This document shows positions 37,745 to 51,110 of a stretch of 64,000 bases of DNA, piece after piece; the first letter of the stretch is position 1, and every line of letters begins with the position of its first letter. The notes under the pieces were generated by a model. That model did not search any database. It saw only the letters and a list, made by a program, of their open reading frames with translations, and was not told the DNA's origin. The stretch lies in contig NC_081369.1 in assembly GCF_030684315.1 (NCBI RefSeq), positions 2,718,689-2,782,688 on the forward strand, read 5' to 3'. The translations under genes were made by a program, and so were the position numbers. This stretch comes from Stegostoma tigrinum (taxonomy: Eukaryota).

Positions 37745-37862
37745 ACAAAACAGAGAATGGCTAACTTACCTTGCTCTGAAATTCAGTGATTCCAGTACAT
37801 CATTGAAATCCAAGCATGAAGAAAAAAGTGCAGCGTACACAGCGGTGAAAAGCAGTCACTAA
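37745..37862 (+). pseudogene. Copy 1 terminal exon with ITIM-type motifs: ..LTYLALKFSDSSTSLKSKHEEKSAAYTAVKSSH*
   Basis: TTTTTCAG acceptor. LxYxxL plus YTAV 24 residues apart. Phase-1 splicing gives DKTENG*, so the motif frame is shifted by 1 nt. Confidence 0.75.
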
Positions 37863-40800
37863 ATTGGGAAAACAAAACATATTTAAAAGATAGAAGCACA
37901 GATTTTATCACAGATTTTTTTTCAATCAATTTCAATCTGTTATTTTTCTCATCTAAACCCAATCAGAACTTTGCAAATATGTAGATGAATTTCTTCCTTT
38001 TAAATAATGTCACCCGGAACAAGTTCATTTCAGCTTTAAATTTCGCAAAACAGGAAAACTAAAAATTGCAATTGAATTAATTCCATATGTCAAGGATCTC
38101 CTTATTCCCTTTAAATCTGCACGAAGTTTGATATATTAGTCATTAAGATAATTATTGACTTTTTTCTGAGCTTGTGTACTGTCAGATATTCATCGTAATT
38201 CTGTTTATACTGGCAACGCGGACAACGCTGATATTTTCTTTCCCTTTCTCCAGTCTCTGCACTTGAGCGAGAAATGATCGGCTTTACTGTGACAAATGTT
38301 TGCGAGGTTTCTGTTGGTGAACTGTTCTTAACTTGTTTGCGTTCCACTGTCTTTTCTGCATGAATTGATACTTCGCTCTGCTTTCTTTGTTGCAGCAGTT
38401 TTAATCCTGTTTGTACATTCGCTGTTGCTGTGAGAAAGGCCTTGTTGATTTTCCCTTGTCCAGAAAGCTGAAGTGATCTGTCTAATATTTCGATGGTTCA
38501 TTTTGCTTAGTTAATTTGCTTAAGTTCATAATTGGCAGTTTCTTCTTCAAATTTTAATTCAATGTAGAGTGGCACCGTGCCCAGACAATGCAGACTGATA
38601 CTCCATGATTGATCCCCCATTGTTTACCATTGCACTCCCATTATAATATGGTACAGTACGACAAGATGGCATGACTGATGAATGTTTCTGAATCATGAAA
38701 ATCTGTTCTTTATTGAAGTGGGAATGAAATCAGAGAAAAAAGAAATCAGTTTACATTTAAACAAATCATGTTGACATATGCCTAAGCAATTCTTTCAATA
38801 CAGTTGTGTGTTCTATTCTCAGAAATGGCATATAACTAATACAGATTCCAAAAAAATTGCAATGAATCACCGTTAATACAGTGAACTTTTCTTCAGGTTC
38901 AATTGTTCAGGAAAACAAAGCAATCTAATCTATTAACATTGCTGACATGAATGCATTCTGTGGCTTCCGTGTCAAAAGGTAACAAATACAAAATCATGAA
39001 AATGAATTATCAGTCTGAAGAGTTTTGAAAAATTGCTTAAAAGTTGTGAATTGTTGATGGAGAGGCAACACAGATGATGACAAATTCCGTTTGTCTTGTG
39101 GGAAAAGATGGACAGATGCAAAGAGGAACAGGTTGGTCAATTGAAATATATAAAATCATGAAGGGTTTTGACCAGGTAGATGTTTCCTCCCATGGGAAAA
39201 TGTAGAACTATGGATCATGGTTTTTTTAAAAAATCAGAGTTAGACCATTTAAAACAGTGACAGACAATTTTCTCTCGCAGATGCCTGAGTCTTTAGAACA
39301 TTCTTCTGAGAAAGGTAACAGAAGCAAGTTTCTTGAATATTTTAAAGTCACAAACTAATAAATCCAGTGGAGCAAAGAGGTGAAAGATTATCAGGAATGC
39401 TGTTTGAATGTAGGTTTGAGGTGACAGTCAGATTCATGATGACCTTGTCTGAACAACCTTTTTTGGTTTGGTCTCCCAAATGAACTGGCTTCTCATACCA
39501 GTCTTCTTATTGAATATGTGGAATAACAGAGCAGACTAGAGAGGCTGACTGACCTAAATTTGCTTCTAATTCCACTGTTCATATGAACCTCTGCTGATTT
39601 CCTCACATGTAAATAAAAATGCTGACATGGTAGAACTGTGGGAAATCATACATTGCTTTGGATTTTCAACAGCTAAATCATAACATTCATAACATAGAGG
39701 AGTTTATGATGAAATGAGCATACTCAAGTGGGTGTTGGGTGACATTATTGCCTTACAATGAGCATACTTTTGTTGTTTTTAAACAAGAATTGTTTGTAAG
39801 TTATCAGTTGCAGATATCTTACCATTTCATGTTGTGTAATGTTAACAGTGTTTCTTCCTGCGTCACATATAAGATCAGGAAGCACATGAACATTAATTCA
39901 TTCCCTGAGTGTATAAGCTTAGCTGATGGGCAACAAACAGAAAGCAGATTTTGAAAGAAGGACCATGTTTGGCACTGTAGAGTCGAATTGTTGGCGTGAA
40001 GCAAAGTTCCGAGTTTGGACGTCAGCTATTACAGTTTGATGTCAGCTAAAAAATAGAAGGGGCCTTGGGTAATGTATCGACATGCACTCAACATGAAATT
40101 TTCGGAAGCAAAGTGAGTCAATCTGCATTTAAGGCTGTGAATAGGACACCAAACAGTGTAAATCAGTTTTGCTAAAGTGTTGGTGTAGGAGCATATTGCC
40201 AACTGGGGTCAAGGCTCAGGAGACAGGCAGGAAGATGTTTATTCAGACAAAAAACCAGTTGATGCAGGGAGAGGGCCAAAGAATCTTCCCTGAATCAAAA
40301 GGGAGATCAATGGCACATGCTGATTTTTCCAGTCAAAATACAACATTTTACATATTTTCTGTGAAAATATTCAATTACAGATTGGTCACTGTCCTTCCCC
40401 ATTAATCCATATGTCCAATCCCATGGGACACCTAATCAAGGATGGGCAATCCCATGGACAGCCCCAGGTTCCCAAGAACTTATTATAATCTCTAGGCCTT
40501 GGGATCTTTCTGCATATCCTAATTGTTCATATTCCAAAGTTACTGGCTACACTCTTTCAGATCTGTCTCAGGCTTGAGTTCTACTATTTATTGTATTACA
40601 TGTGCCTTTTTTAAAAATCAGATTCAGCCATTCCTCTAATATTTCCCAATGTACTAATTAGATAGTAAAAATACAAAAGACAGTTAGATTTAACTAATAG
40701 CTATCAGGTTAATTTCTATTATAAAGTTAGTTATACAATGTAAAGTTGTACAGCTATTTGTACTGCAAGCACTTTGTAATTAATGGGTTGTGAACAATCT

Positions 40801-41097
40801 GTCTTGCTCAGGCGGTAAGACAAAGTGTTTCCTGAGGCTAATTAACTTTCACATACAAACTTAAATACTTTTCCCCTCATGCTTGTATTATGCTTTGGTT
40901 ATATGTTCAAACTACTTCCCTGATTAAGGACGTCTTAAAGAGAGTCTATTGAATATTGTAAGTTGTTTCAAAGGTGCAAATATTGACTAAAAAGCAAACT
41001 TAGCTGCAGTTATTTGCAGCTCTTTAGCAAGTTAAAGAAAGTTAATCTCGCTGGGCTGAGACTGACACTTGGCGTTATTTGTTTGCAGAGATCATCA

Positions 41098-41601
41098 TAA
41101 GACCATAAGACATAGGAGTGGAAGTAAGGCCATTCGGCCGATCAAGTCCGCTCCGCTATTTAAATCATGGCTGATGGGCATTTCAACACCACTTCCCTGC
41201 ACTCTCCCCGTAGCCCTTGATTCCTTCTGAGATCAAGAATTTGTCGATCTCTGCCTTGAAGGCATCCAACGTCCCAGCCTCCACTACACTCTGCGGCAAT
41301 GAATTCCACAAGCTCACCGCTCTCTGGCTGAAGAAATGTTGTCTTATTTCAGTTTTAAATTTACCCCCTCTAATTTTAAGGCTGTGCCCACGGGGTCCTA
41401 GTCTCCCCGCCTAACGGAAACAACTTCCTAGCGTCCACCCCTTCTAAACCATACATTATCTTGTAAGTTTCTATTAGATCTCCCCTCAACCTTCTCAACT
41501 CTAATGAGTACAATCCCAGGATCCTTAGTCGTTCATCATACGTTAAACGTACCATTCCAGGGATCATCCGTGTGAATCTCCGCTGGATACGCTGGACATC
41601 C
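41098..41601 (-). mobile_element. CR1 LINE 3' end
   Basis: IQRRFTRMIPGM..TYDERLRILGLYSLELRRLRGDLIETYKIM and a (CATAAGAC)n tail. Confidence 0.92.
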
Positions 41602-41865
41602 ATTCCTTTGGGGCTGGCATTAGTTGCTCATCCATCCATCAGCACCTTCTTATCAGAACTGTCTCAGATGATCGGTGGGAAGATTCTTTTGCTGACCTTG
41701 AAATAGTTTTGTTCGTAGGTACAAGTCAGTTTCACTCAAATGCTAGAGCAGGCTTTCCCAGTTAGTTTTAATACTTGTCGACCATTTTGTACCTTTCAAA
41801 CATGCGCTGTTTTGGTGAAGCTGGTACAGGTCACTTTGTATGGGCAGGTACAGGATGCCCCCACA

Positions 41866-43493
41866 CTTCTTTCGCAATAGCGTAACTGACATTTGCTGGA
41901 AATGAGTTTGACATGTGATGCACTTCACAAGTGTAAACTGTTTCACACTCGACTGCCTCTGACACCGCTAAGGTGCTGACGGCCTCATGAAGTCCGTTGG
42001 CGTTTACTTGTTGTTCATTTCTAAATCCAGTCGAGACTTCTGCATTGTTTTTGTGCCAAGTAAGATTCAAGTCTTTGGGTAAAAGGCAGAAGTCCTGCAC
42101 CGCAGAATTGAAGAAGCTTCTTCTCACGGTGCCGGCGCAATTTTCAGGGGAGCTGGTGAAGATGCATTCTCACGCATACAAGTGAGGTACATCTAAACAT
42201 TAGAATCCTACTCCAATGAATTAATGAACAAGTCATCTGTCTGTTTGTGGCACAGTTTCGTAGCCAGTACTTGCTTAGAGAAAATATTACATTTGACATG
42301 TGGCAAAACCCCTGCACCCCCACAAAATGATTGACGCACCATTTCCAAGTTCAATGAAATTAGTTTTAACAATGTACATATGAATTATTACAAATATGTC
42401 TGGGATGTCATTCTGCATCCTTCTCAGAACAACCGGTTTGGAACTGGAGTCTCAATCACAGAAACTGCGACAGTCATAGTCCAAACGATGCGGACAGCAA
42501 TTTTATTTTTACTTAGATACCGGATATTCAAAATCTACAATACTGCATGTAACATTTGTATCTTTTCAAACTGTTTCCCGATGCTTAGATTAGAAAAGAA
42601 AAAAAATAGGTGGCTTCGAAATTTGGTATTAACTTATTCTGCACAAGATGCATTTCAATCAAGTGCAGATAGTTTTTTTTTACACTGTGGAGGTTTCCAC
42701 AAGTTTCTCACGCTGTTGATAATTTCATTTTAAATAAGCTGAAGTTTTATGTGAAGTGCAACAAAAACACCATGTTTGTTTGCGGTCACGGATACCATCT
42801 CTAGGAAGTTGCACAGCAGTTTCTTTCCCAATTGTTCGATGCTGATAATTGACAAAGCAGTAATATGTTTTAGCTTCCCGGGCAGTCATTTTCAGAAGTT
42901 TAAAGTCGAGCTGCTCCTCTAACTACAGTGAATAACTTTCTGCTATCCTCCTGCAGAAAGCTATTACTGCCTCCTCTCCACCAGTAAGCGACAGCATTTA
43001 AATGGTCAATTTTAAAGGAGAAATTACATAGCATGAGAACTGATGAACCTCTCTGCGCAGTTATTCATCTAAGATCTGAGTTTCCTTTGACCGAAATGCC
43101 CACAGCAACTATCAATCAAGCAAACACACTGAGATTAAACAAGAAAGACGGTGTGCCCAAATAGCATCTTTGTTCCAAGTCATTGATCCATTAGCAACTT
43201 ACCATGCTTAGTTCACTCCAATTCTCCATTTTTTTAAACTACTGTCCTCATTGAATGTCATATGTTCTCCACCCCCCCGCAACACAGCTGCAAATGAGTT
43301 CTGTGAATACTTTACTTGCACATAAAACACAAAAATGAAAACGAAATTAAATGTCTGCATAGTTTTCCAATCTAGCTTTAAGTTCACGCTGCGCCTTGAT
43401 TATGAACAGTTCACATATAATTGAAAAAAAAACTGTACCTGCGCACGCGATACACAGCATACCGACATTCGGATGTGAATAATGTGTAGACAA
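41866..43493 (-). pseudogene. Ig-superfamily receptor copy 2 (inverted): leader 43439-43493, V 42796-43108, C1 41866-42161; truncated after C1
   Basis: Leader ATG changed to TTG. V: SSVLMLCNFSFKIDHLNAVAYWWRE..EAKTYYCFVNYQHR, with a stop and frameshifts. C1: SPAPLKIA..LRCRTSAFYP/KDLNLTWHKN..VYTCEVHHMS, with acceptor AG changed to AT. Confidence 0.9.
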
Positions 43494-43511
43494 TTGACAG
43501 TGAAAATCTGA

Positions 43512-43739
43512 GCCAACACAGTGGGGAGCTGGAGAAACACATGAAGCCAGGGAACATCAGAGGAACAGGATAGTTGATGTTTCAGGTCGGAACCATTGTG
43601 CAAAACTGACTTTTCTGAAAAAGTGTCCTGGCTCGGAACATAAACTTTCCTGCTCCTCTGATGTTCCTGGCCTGATGTGTTCCTGCAGCGACAGACTGTA
43701 TTGTCTCTGACTTCAGCATCGGCAGTTGTTGGTCTCTCC
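43512..43739. mobile_element. Palindromic Penelope-derived mini-element just upstream of the copy 2 start codon
   Basis: Inverted arms, with TSD GAAAATCTGAG on both sides. Confidence 0.8.
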
Positions 43740-44173
43740 GAAAATCTGAGACTGTCTGTTGAGTCTGAGAACAGCATGAATTGTTTAATGCTCATCTCTG
43801 TTTCTAATTTAATCATGCATTTGATTCCTGAATGAAAATAAAACATGCAAACCTTTTCAAATAAAGTCTGCTGTTGTTTTTGCCACCAGGAACGATAACA
43901 GCAATGACTACACTAGTCAGGATACAGGAAGTATTTCAGGGGTTCTGCCAGGGCTTGAAAGTAAGGCCGAGGACCGACTGGATGGGCTAAAGTCTTTGTC
44001 AGTGGAATCAACACAAGCTGAGTGGTATTTGATTGGAATAAACAAAACCGGCCGGGCCGAGGCGCAGTGGGTGGGGAAAAGGTTATTTACCTTCATACAA
44101 AGGTCAATCAGTCAATGGTTACGCACTGAGAGATGGGTTAACCAAGCAATAGTGAAACAGCTTATCCCAGAGT

Positions 44174-44361
44174 ATAAGATAATAAAATGTGAGGCTGGAT
44201 GAACACAGCAGGCCCAGCAGTATCTCAGGAGCACAAAAGCTGACCTTTCGGGCCTAGACCCTTCATCAGAGAGCTCCTGAGATGCTGCTGGGCCTGCTGT
44301 GTTCATCCAGCCTCACATTTTATTATCTTGGATTCTCCAGCATCTGCAGTTCCCATTATCA
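44174..44361. mobile_element. Young palindromic Penelope-derived mini-element
   Basis: Near-perfect arms. 13-bp TSD CTTATCCCAGAGT at 44161-44173 and 44362-44374. Confidence 0.9.
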
Positions 44362-44865
44362 CTTATCCCAGAGTGTTGTAGCTGTCTGGAACCCACTGCC
44401 TGAAAGAATAATAGACACAGACACCTTTGACAGTTTTTTTGACTGCATATGTTCTTGAAGCGCTGTAATCCATGGAGTTTCACATTAAATCCTGGGGAGT
44501 GAGATTGGGCTTGGCTGCTCCTTTCTTCATTGGCACAGACACGTTGCTTCTCTGTGTTGTAAACTTTTTCTAATTTTGTGAACAAGCAGATGACTGTTGT
44601 TAATATAATTTGAAGGATGTAGGGATTTTGGGTGAAACTACTGCTACAGTGGTATTAAAATGAATAAAATGGGGCACAATTAATACCCTCTGGCTCCGAT
44701 AGGACTGAAAGGACTGAGCTAGAGTGTCAGATTAACCTGTCTGAAATCCCCTTCCTCATTAATTTTCAGGATCATGTCTTTGACTCTCAGATAATATATG
44801 TTCAAGTCATTCGCTGTGACTCTTCTGTGTGACCCTTTTCCCCAATAACTCCCAATGAAGATATT

Positions 44866-45115
44866 AGAGATAGTAGGAATTACAGATGCTGGAGAATCTG
44901 AGATAACAAGGTGTAGAGCTGGATGTGCACAGCAGGCCAAGCAGCATCAGAGGAGCAGGATAGCTGATGTTTCGGACCTCAACCCTTCTTCAGATTTCTG
45001 ATTTCTGATTTCTTCAGAAATCTGAATTAGAGTCTAGGCCTGAAATGTCAGCTTTCGTGCTCCTCTAATGCTGCTTGGCCTGCTGTGTTCATCCAGCTCT
45101 ACACTTTCTTATCAC
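44866..45115. mobile_element. Palindromic Penelope-derived mini-element
   Basis: gtgtagagctggatg..cagcaggccaagcagcat arm and its inverse. Confidence 0.85.
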
Positions 45116-48100
45116 TGAAAGTATTATGTCTGTTTGACTAAACTAATGAAATTAATTATTAGTTGGTACAGATTTGTCTCTCTGCCTCTTTGTGTTGAGC
45201 AAATAATTGTTGTCAAAGGTGGTAACCAGGCAACATCATTTGCATGAACAAAAACTGTTGGAGATCACAGCCGATGATGAGAAGTTGCCTTGTGAGATAC
45301 GATTCTCCTGAGTTTGTAATCGCTGTAGTCATCTCGGTAATGGGAAGTGGTAATATTCAAAAATACTTTGCAAGTGCACTCCTTGGTTAGAAGATAGACA
45401 TTCCCAAATCATAATATGGATCACCCATCTCAGAAGACAGACCACCTGACTGGGTCCTGAATTCCAGTTACACAACCACTTCCAAGCAGCACATCGGATA
45501 GACATGAACGCATTGCATGCTCTCATTCATGAAGATGCTCACCATCAGTTTCCCAAGATCCTCAACATCACAAAAAAAAGGTTTTGTTTTCTTTTACATC
45601 AGCCCATTACCAACTCATATTTGCTGTTTGGGTTGAATACTCATGGTGGTAGCCAGGCACAGATTCCTAATGCATGGTGTCGACACTGACACATCAAAAA
45701 TATATATTCATAGAAACATGTGAAATTAAAGGTAATTAAAACTTATCAATGGTTTACAGAATGCATGCTTTATCTTCTTCTGTGTTGAACAAATTCCAGA
45801 CAAGTTTATAATTGAACTTCTGTTTGATTATTGATTGTTTTGTGAAATTACTGAGAGTATGAATGATCTTCATTATTATAAAACAATGATTAAACGTGCA
45901 CTTTACTTTTGATTGAAATGAATGTTGAAGATGATGATGTCCTTATTGTGGATCAAATGCAAGATGAAAACTATGGCATTTTAAAGTGTCTTTACTTGCC
46001 AATAACACAAGCTTTCAGATATACTAAAGGATAACTTAGTAAATTTGAAATACACAAATCATAATGCCCCTAAATTAATCTCTCTGTTACCATAATAAAC
46101 AAAATAGCTTCAACAAGAATCAAATCTCTGTGGCCTGTGGTGAACTCATGTCAGTCATTCATGTTGTCACATGCACATTGTTGAATGGTACTGGAATAAA
46201 TATACAAATGTTTGTATCATAGACACGCTAACTGTTATTTTGGTAAAGTCACTTCGTAAGTATAAATATCTTAACACAAATACAACACTAAATAATTGAA
46301 AGTTACAAGTTAAATGTGTGCATGTAGAGTTATCAGAAATGGCAGACGTGGCTTAACTGAATTTATGGTCTTCTCCTGCCATGGTGACCAGATCCAGCTG
46401 GAACATGATGCCAGAGAACCAGATTAATGTGGGTGCCTTCTACCTGTCTTTATTAATAAACCAGCAAGCCACTAATTACAAAGGTAATGAAGAATTGACA
46501 GTAAATTTTGAACTGTTTATTGAAGCCCACTTTATCTGTATTTATAGATATATCAAAGGGAAATTTCAAAGCACAATTTAGGAATGAGACAATATATGAA
46601 ATCACTGTTATAAACACCTGATTCTTATGTTCTTTTCATGCCCATCCCACACTGTTATAGTGGACACTGTCTGGTTTCCAAAAAAACATACTGCCTTGAG
46701 ATTCTGTGAAATAGGCCACTCCTCATACACTTTCAAACTGGTTATCTGAAGAAACCAACTAATTTTCTATAATCTTGCTCCTTGCAGAAATATTGATCAT
46801 GATCTTGATTCTACCAGTTTACATTCAGAGAAAAGCTTCTTTGAATGAAAGGAACCAACTATTGTCAGGACACATTTGAGTAAACATCACTCTACAACTC
46901 CACATGGGGCTGAGTCAACTCTACCTATATTTCACTGGAGCCTATAGGAAGAGAAATTCAAAGCTGAATTATTGAGATGATCTTAAAGATCAAGTAACGC
47001 AGAGAGAGTCAGTTAATCTGCTTCAAAGTTAACAACACATTATCTGTTAAATGAAAGTTAAATAACTGCAGAATTTTATGAGAATACAATGCTTAAAAGG
47101 AACAGGAAATATGCGCCAGAACAGGAAGGTGCACAACTGTGACATGCGACAATAAACTGAGGCAAATGTTCAGACAACTTACCCAACCTGAACTTGCTGA
47201 CAGGAAACAACACATATGTGATGGCAGTGCCAATGAAATGTAACATACAGCCCACAGCAAAAATAAATGTTTTTTTTTGTTTTGTTCCTTTGGATTGGAG
47301 ACATGGCTTGGACATGAGTCAGAAGATGCAACAATTGAATTTACTGCACAGATGGGGTGGACCACACTCCCCTGGCAGTTCTTTCTTCAAGGAAGCTCTC
47401 TGATAAAGGCACACATGCTATCAGTGCTTCACAGTGCTATTCTTCCAATGAATTGGAAACAAGAAGTGTACTCTAGTTCATTGGCCACTGGTAACAGCAC
47501 TGGGGAAAGTGGACCCTGACTTGTAGTTGACTGTACTGCAGAGGGCCAATGTTTTTGCAGATGGCAGAACTATGGGAATAGGAAAGGTTTCAATCTAAAT
47601 AATGGGTCAAAGGATCACTCGTGTGTTTTGCGGTATGTTAAAGGGCAAAGACAAGTCAAAAGAGGAAAACAGGAAACAGGGAATTGAGGGTCCAAGAATA
47701 GCAACATGGATACAGTTTCAGAAAAAAAAAGGAACTTAGGAGTTCACTAAGAATCATGCCTAGGAATTTGATTCTATCGGATTTGGCTCATTGTTGTCAC
47801 ATGTACCTAAGTAAAGTGAAAAGTTTTGCTTTGAAAACAGCACATGCAGATCACAGCAAACAAGGACATAAAGATTATAGGGTGCTCAGACAGGGCAAGG
47901 CACACAGGTTACACTGCACAGGAGATGTACAAAGCAAGGTCAACGATACAGGATCAACATTATTTGAAGTACGAGAGATCTGTTCAGCAATATTATAACA
48001 ACAGGGACAAAATTCTGATGAAGGGCCCTGACCTACTGTATTCGTCCAGCTCCACACTGTGATGACTCTGACTCCAGCATCTGCAGTTCTTGCTGCCGCT

Positions 48101-48529
48101 GAACAACCGGGAAGAAGCTGTTCTTGAACCAGTTGGTGCGTGTGTTCACACAATAAAACAAGTACAAAGATTCTAGATTTGAAAATACCACAGCATTCTG
48201 ACTAAAATAAGCAAATTAAGACCACACATTGATGTAAATAACCATGATGAATAGTGATTAATGTCAGTGGATTGGAGATGTTACATTGTAGTTGACATGC
48301 AGGCTGGGTGGGTTAGTTACAGGGATTGAGTAGGCCAGTGGGTCTTGGTAGGATACTCTTCGGAGGGTCATTGTGAGCTTCAGAGCCAAATGGCCTGCTT
48401 CCACACTGAGCCCACCATAATTCTAATCCTGTTGCTTTCGATACACTCCTTCTATGAAAGCAACTAACTGCTCCAGCTCATAGTTTGACTTTGAACAGCA
48501 GGCTATTTCAGCCAAAAATCTTCCTAAGC

Positions 48530-49040
48530 CATTTTGTGTCAAATGAGATCCACGGTCAGTGGGTAACAGAGAGGCAGGTATGTAAACATTTAACTCAGGC
48601 ATGTAATCGTAATGATAATAATAATCATAAGTTAGGGATATTAGGGGATTTCCACTTCCCCAATATTAATCGGGATAGTCATAGTGTAAAGGGTTGAGAG
48701 AATACAGATGTTTAAAATCTATTCAGGAGGTTTTTTTATGACAAATGTAGAATGTCCGACAAGGGACAGGGCGGTGCTGGACCTCATTCTGGGGAACAAA
48801 TCCAGCTGGTGCTTGAGGTGGTAATGGGAGAACATTGAAGTGATAGCAGCCAAATCACAGTATGGTCTCATGTTCATCATGGAGAAGGATAAAAATAGTC
48901 TGCAAAGAAAGGTTTTGCCACTGTTATTAAAAAGAGGCAGGATCTGACCAACATAGACTGAGAAGAGTTACTTCTGGGTAAATCTACAGCACGTCTGTGG
49001 AGGGGTTGGAGGAGAGAGATGGTAGAATGTTGCTCAAAAA
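48530..49040 (+). mobile_element. CR1 ORF2 endonuclease-region fragment
   Basis: ILGDFHFPNINRD and PTRDRAVLDLILGN remnants. Confidence 0.75.
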
Positions 49041-49529
49041 TGAAATGAGGAGAGTAAAGCATTCATAGTGTTCATGCCGGAAATACCCTGCTGAAGATGA
49101 GCACTTGACTCATTTTCTGGTCGGTTTTCCAAATGAACTGGAATCTGAGAGGAATTCTGCATGAATGTTATCTAAATAGCATCATGTGACATCTGATTGC
49201 AGATGTGTGCTCAGATTGATACCTGTCGATGGCCCTTCAGTACTTTGCACGATCCTGTAGAGATGGAAAACTTCCTTCATTTTCACCACCATTTCACTTT
49301 TTGAATGTGCAGCGCTGGTTTAAAATTCACGACAATGCACATTATTGTGATGTTAGGAATGGCTGACTGTCCTCAGGCATATTTCCTCCATCCACTAAAT
49401 TTGTTACATTTCTCATTTTCTAAAGAGAAAACTGAAATAACAGCACAGAGACTGGAATCCAATCACAAACCCTCCATATATTTACATGTGTACAGTACAC
49501 TGGCTGTGGCCATTCAGCTCAGAGTCAGG

Positions 49530-50140
49530 GATAAAAGTAACGTTGCTGGAAAAGCCCAGCAGGTCTGGTAGCATCTGTAAAGGAAAAAACAGAGTTAACT
49601 TTTGGGTTCTGGTGACCCTTCCTCTGAACTGATGGTGGCTGGGAAAATATCAGTTTATATGCAGAATATGGAGTGGTTGGGGGGTGGGTAGGGAGTAAAT
49701 GTTAGGATAAAGTCTAAAGAGAGAGAAAGACAGCTGGGCAGATAAAGGAGTTGCTAACGATCAGTCTGCGAGGGTGAATAGTTGTTAATGAGGACTGTTC
49801 GTGATGAACAATGGAAAGGTGTGTAATGGCAGGCTATGTGGTGACAAGGCCCGGTGTGTGGGGTAGGGGGCTAGGACATAGGCCCAAAAATTATTGAAAA
49901 TGATATTGAGTCCGGAGGGCCATCGGGTCCCCAAGTGGAAAATGATGTGTTGTTCCTCCAGCTTGCGTTGGGCTTCCCTGGAAGACTACAGCAAGCCAGA
50001 GACAGAGATGTTGGCCATGGAACAGGGTGGTGCATTACAGTGGCAGGTGACAGGTAGTTCAGAGTCTTTTTTGTGAGCACAACGTAGATGTTCTGAGAAG
50101 CGGTTGCCAAGTTCACACTTTGTTTCCCCATTTTGTAGTC
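49530..50140 (-). mobile_element. Penelope-like element 3' fragment (second subfamily)
   Basis: Degenerate GIY-YIG tail and terminal gttaac.ttt.gg..ggtgacccttcctc motif. Confidence 0.7.
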
Positions 50141-50169
50141 AGCCAAGAGGGAGGAGATTCTGAATGCTA

Positions 50170-51110
50170 TATTTACAGTCTTTTTCCAAAATAACCAGTA
50201 CACTACTGCAATACAGGACAGTTTATTTTCCAGAGCACCCGTGTTTGTGTGTGTGTAGGAGCAAGACACAGTAAAAACACCAGTTGTATCAATAATTTTA
50301 TTAATATTCCACCGCCTGGAAAAACGCCAGTGACAGTCAGACCACTGGCTGCGGCAATATTCATGTGAAAGGAAAAGTGAAGTGGTGGGGGGGGATGAAA
50401 TCCAAATAGAATTGGAAGGGGTATAAAGTGCCACAACACCCGCAGTGCCCATTGCTCCCTAAAGGCATCGAGAATGTCAGTGCAGACCATGTGCTCCTTT
50501 TCCAGGGACACCCGAGCTTGAACATAGCCATGAAGAGAGCAGACGGTCAGTTTAAATAACCCCCTCCATGGCGTGCTGTGTGGTTCTGATAACGACCAGC
50601 TTGGCCAGGCCTGGGAGCAGACGCACGAGGGGATCCTCTGACCCATCCGTCCCCTTTCGCATCGGGTGCCCAAAGATCAGGATTTGAAGTGCCACCAAAA
50701 GCAGAGGAGAAGGCCTTTAAGGTAAGTGAAAAAGGAGTGCAAATGCCCACACCCAATGTTCACATGGTCCACGGACTCCATAGTGCCACAAAACAGACAG
50801 TTGGGCTGGGAGTCTGTGAAACACTGAAATCTGTGCTTACTTGGAACTCTGTGTGCAACACCCTACTCCCCCAGACCCCTGAGGGAAAGGGGAGGGCTCC
50901 CATGTCGAGAGCCCTCTTCTGGGGATCCCCACCGCCTGGTGGTAAATGGGCACAGCAAGGTATGTCCGGGCGGCGGATGAATGAGAAGAGGTGGATGGTG
51001 TACAGCAGAAGTCTGTACAGGGGTTGCCCTACCTATATTGGTCAGCCAGGGCTCCCTAATTGGCCCAGGTTAACAGCCTCAGTCAAGGACCTCACAGTCA
51101 ATGAGATTCA
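50170..51110 (-). mobile_element. Tx1-type LINE ORF2 C-terminal fragment
   Basis: SLHGYVQARVSLEKEHMVCTDILDAFREQWA resembles the Tx1/L1-clade C-terminus. Confidence 0.6.

Larger units (their letters stand above)
25476..37862 (+). pseudogene. Ig-superfamily receptor copy 1 (L-V-C1-TM-cytoplasmic ITIM-like tail; SIRP/NKp30/VJ-C1-like), disabled
   Basis: Seven exons with GT-AG sites. In-frame TAA in V (25993-25995) and apparent 1-nt frameshifts in the cytoplasmic exons. Confidence 0.85.
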
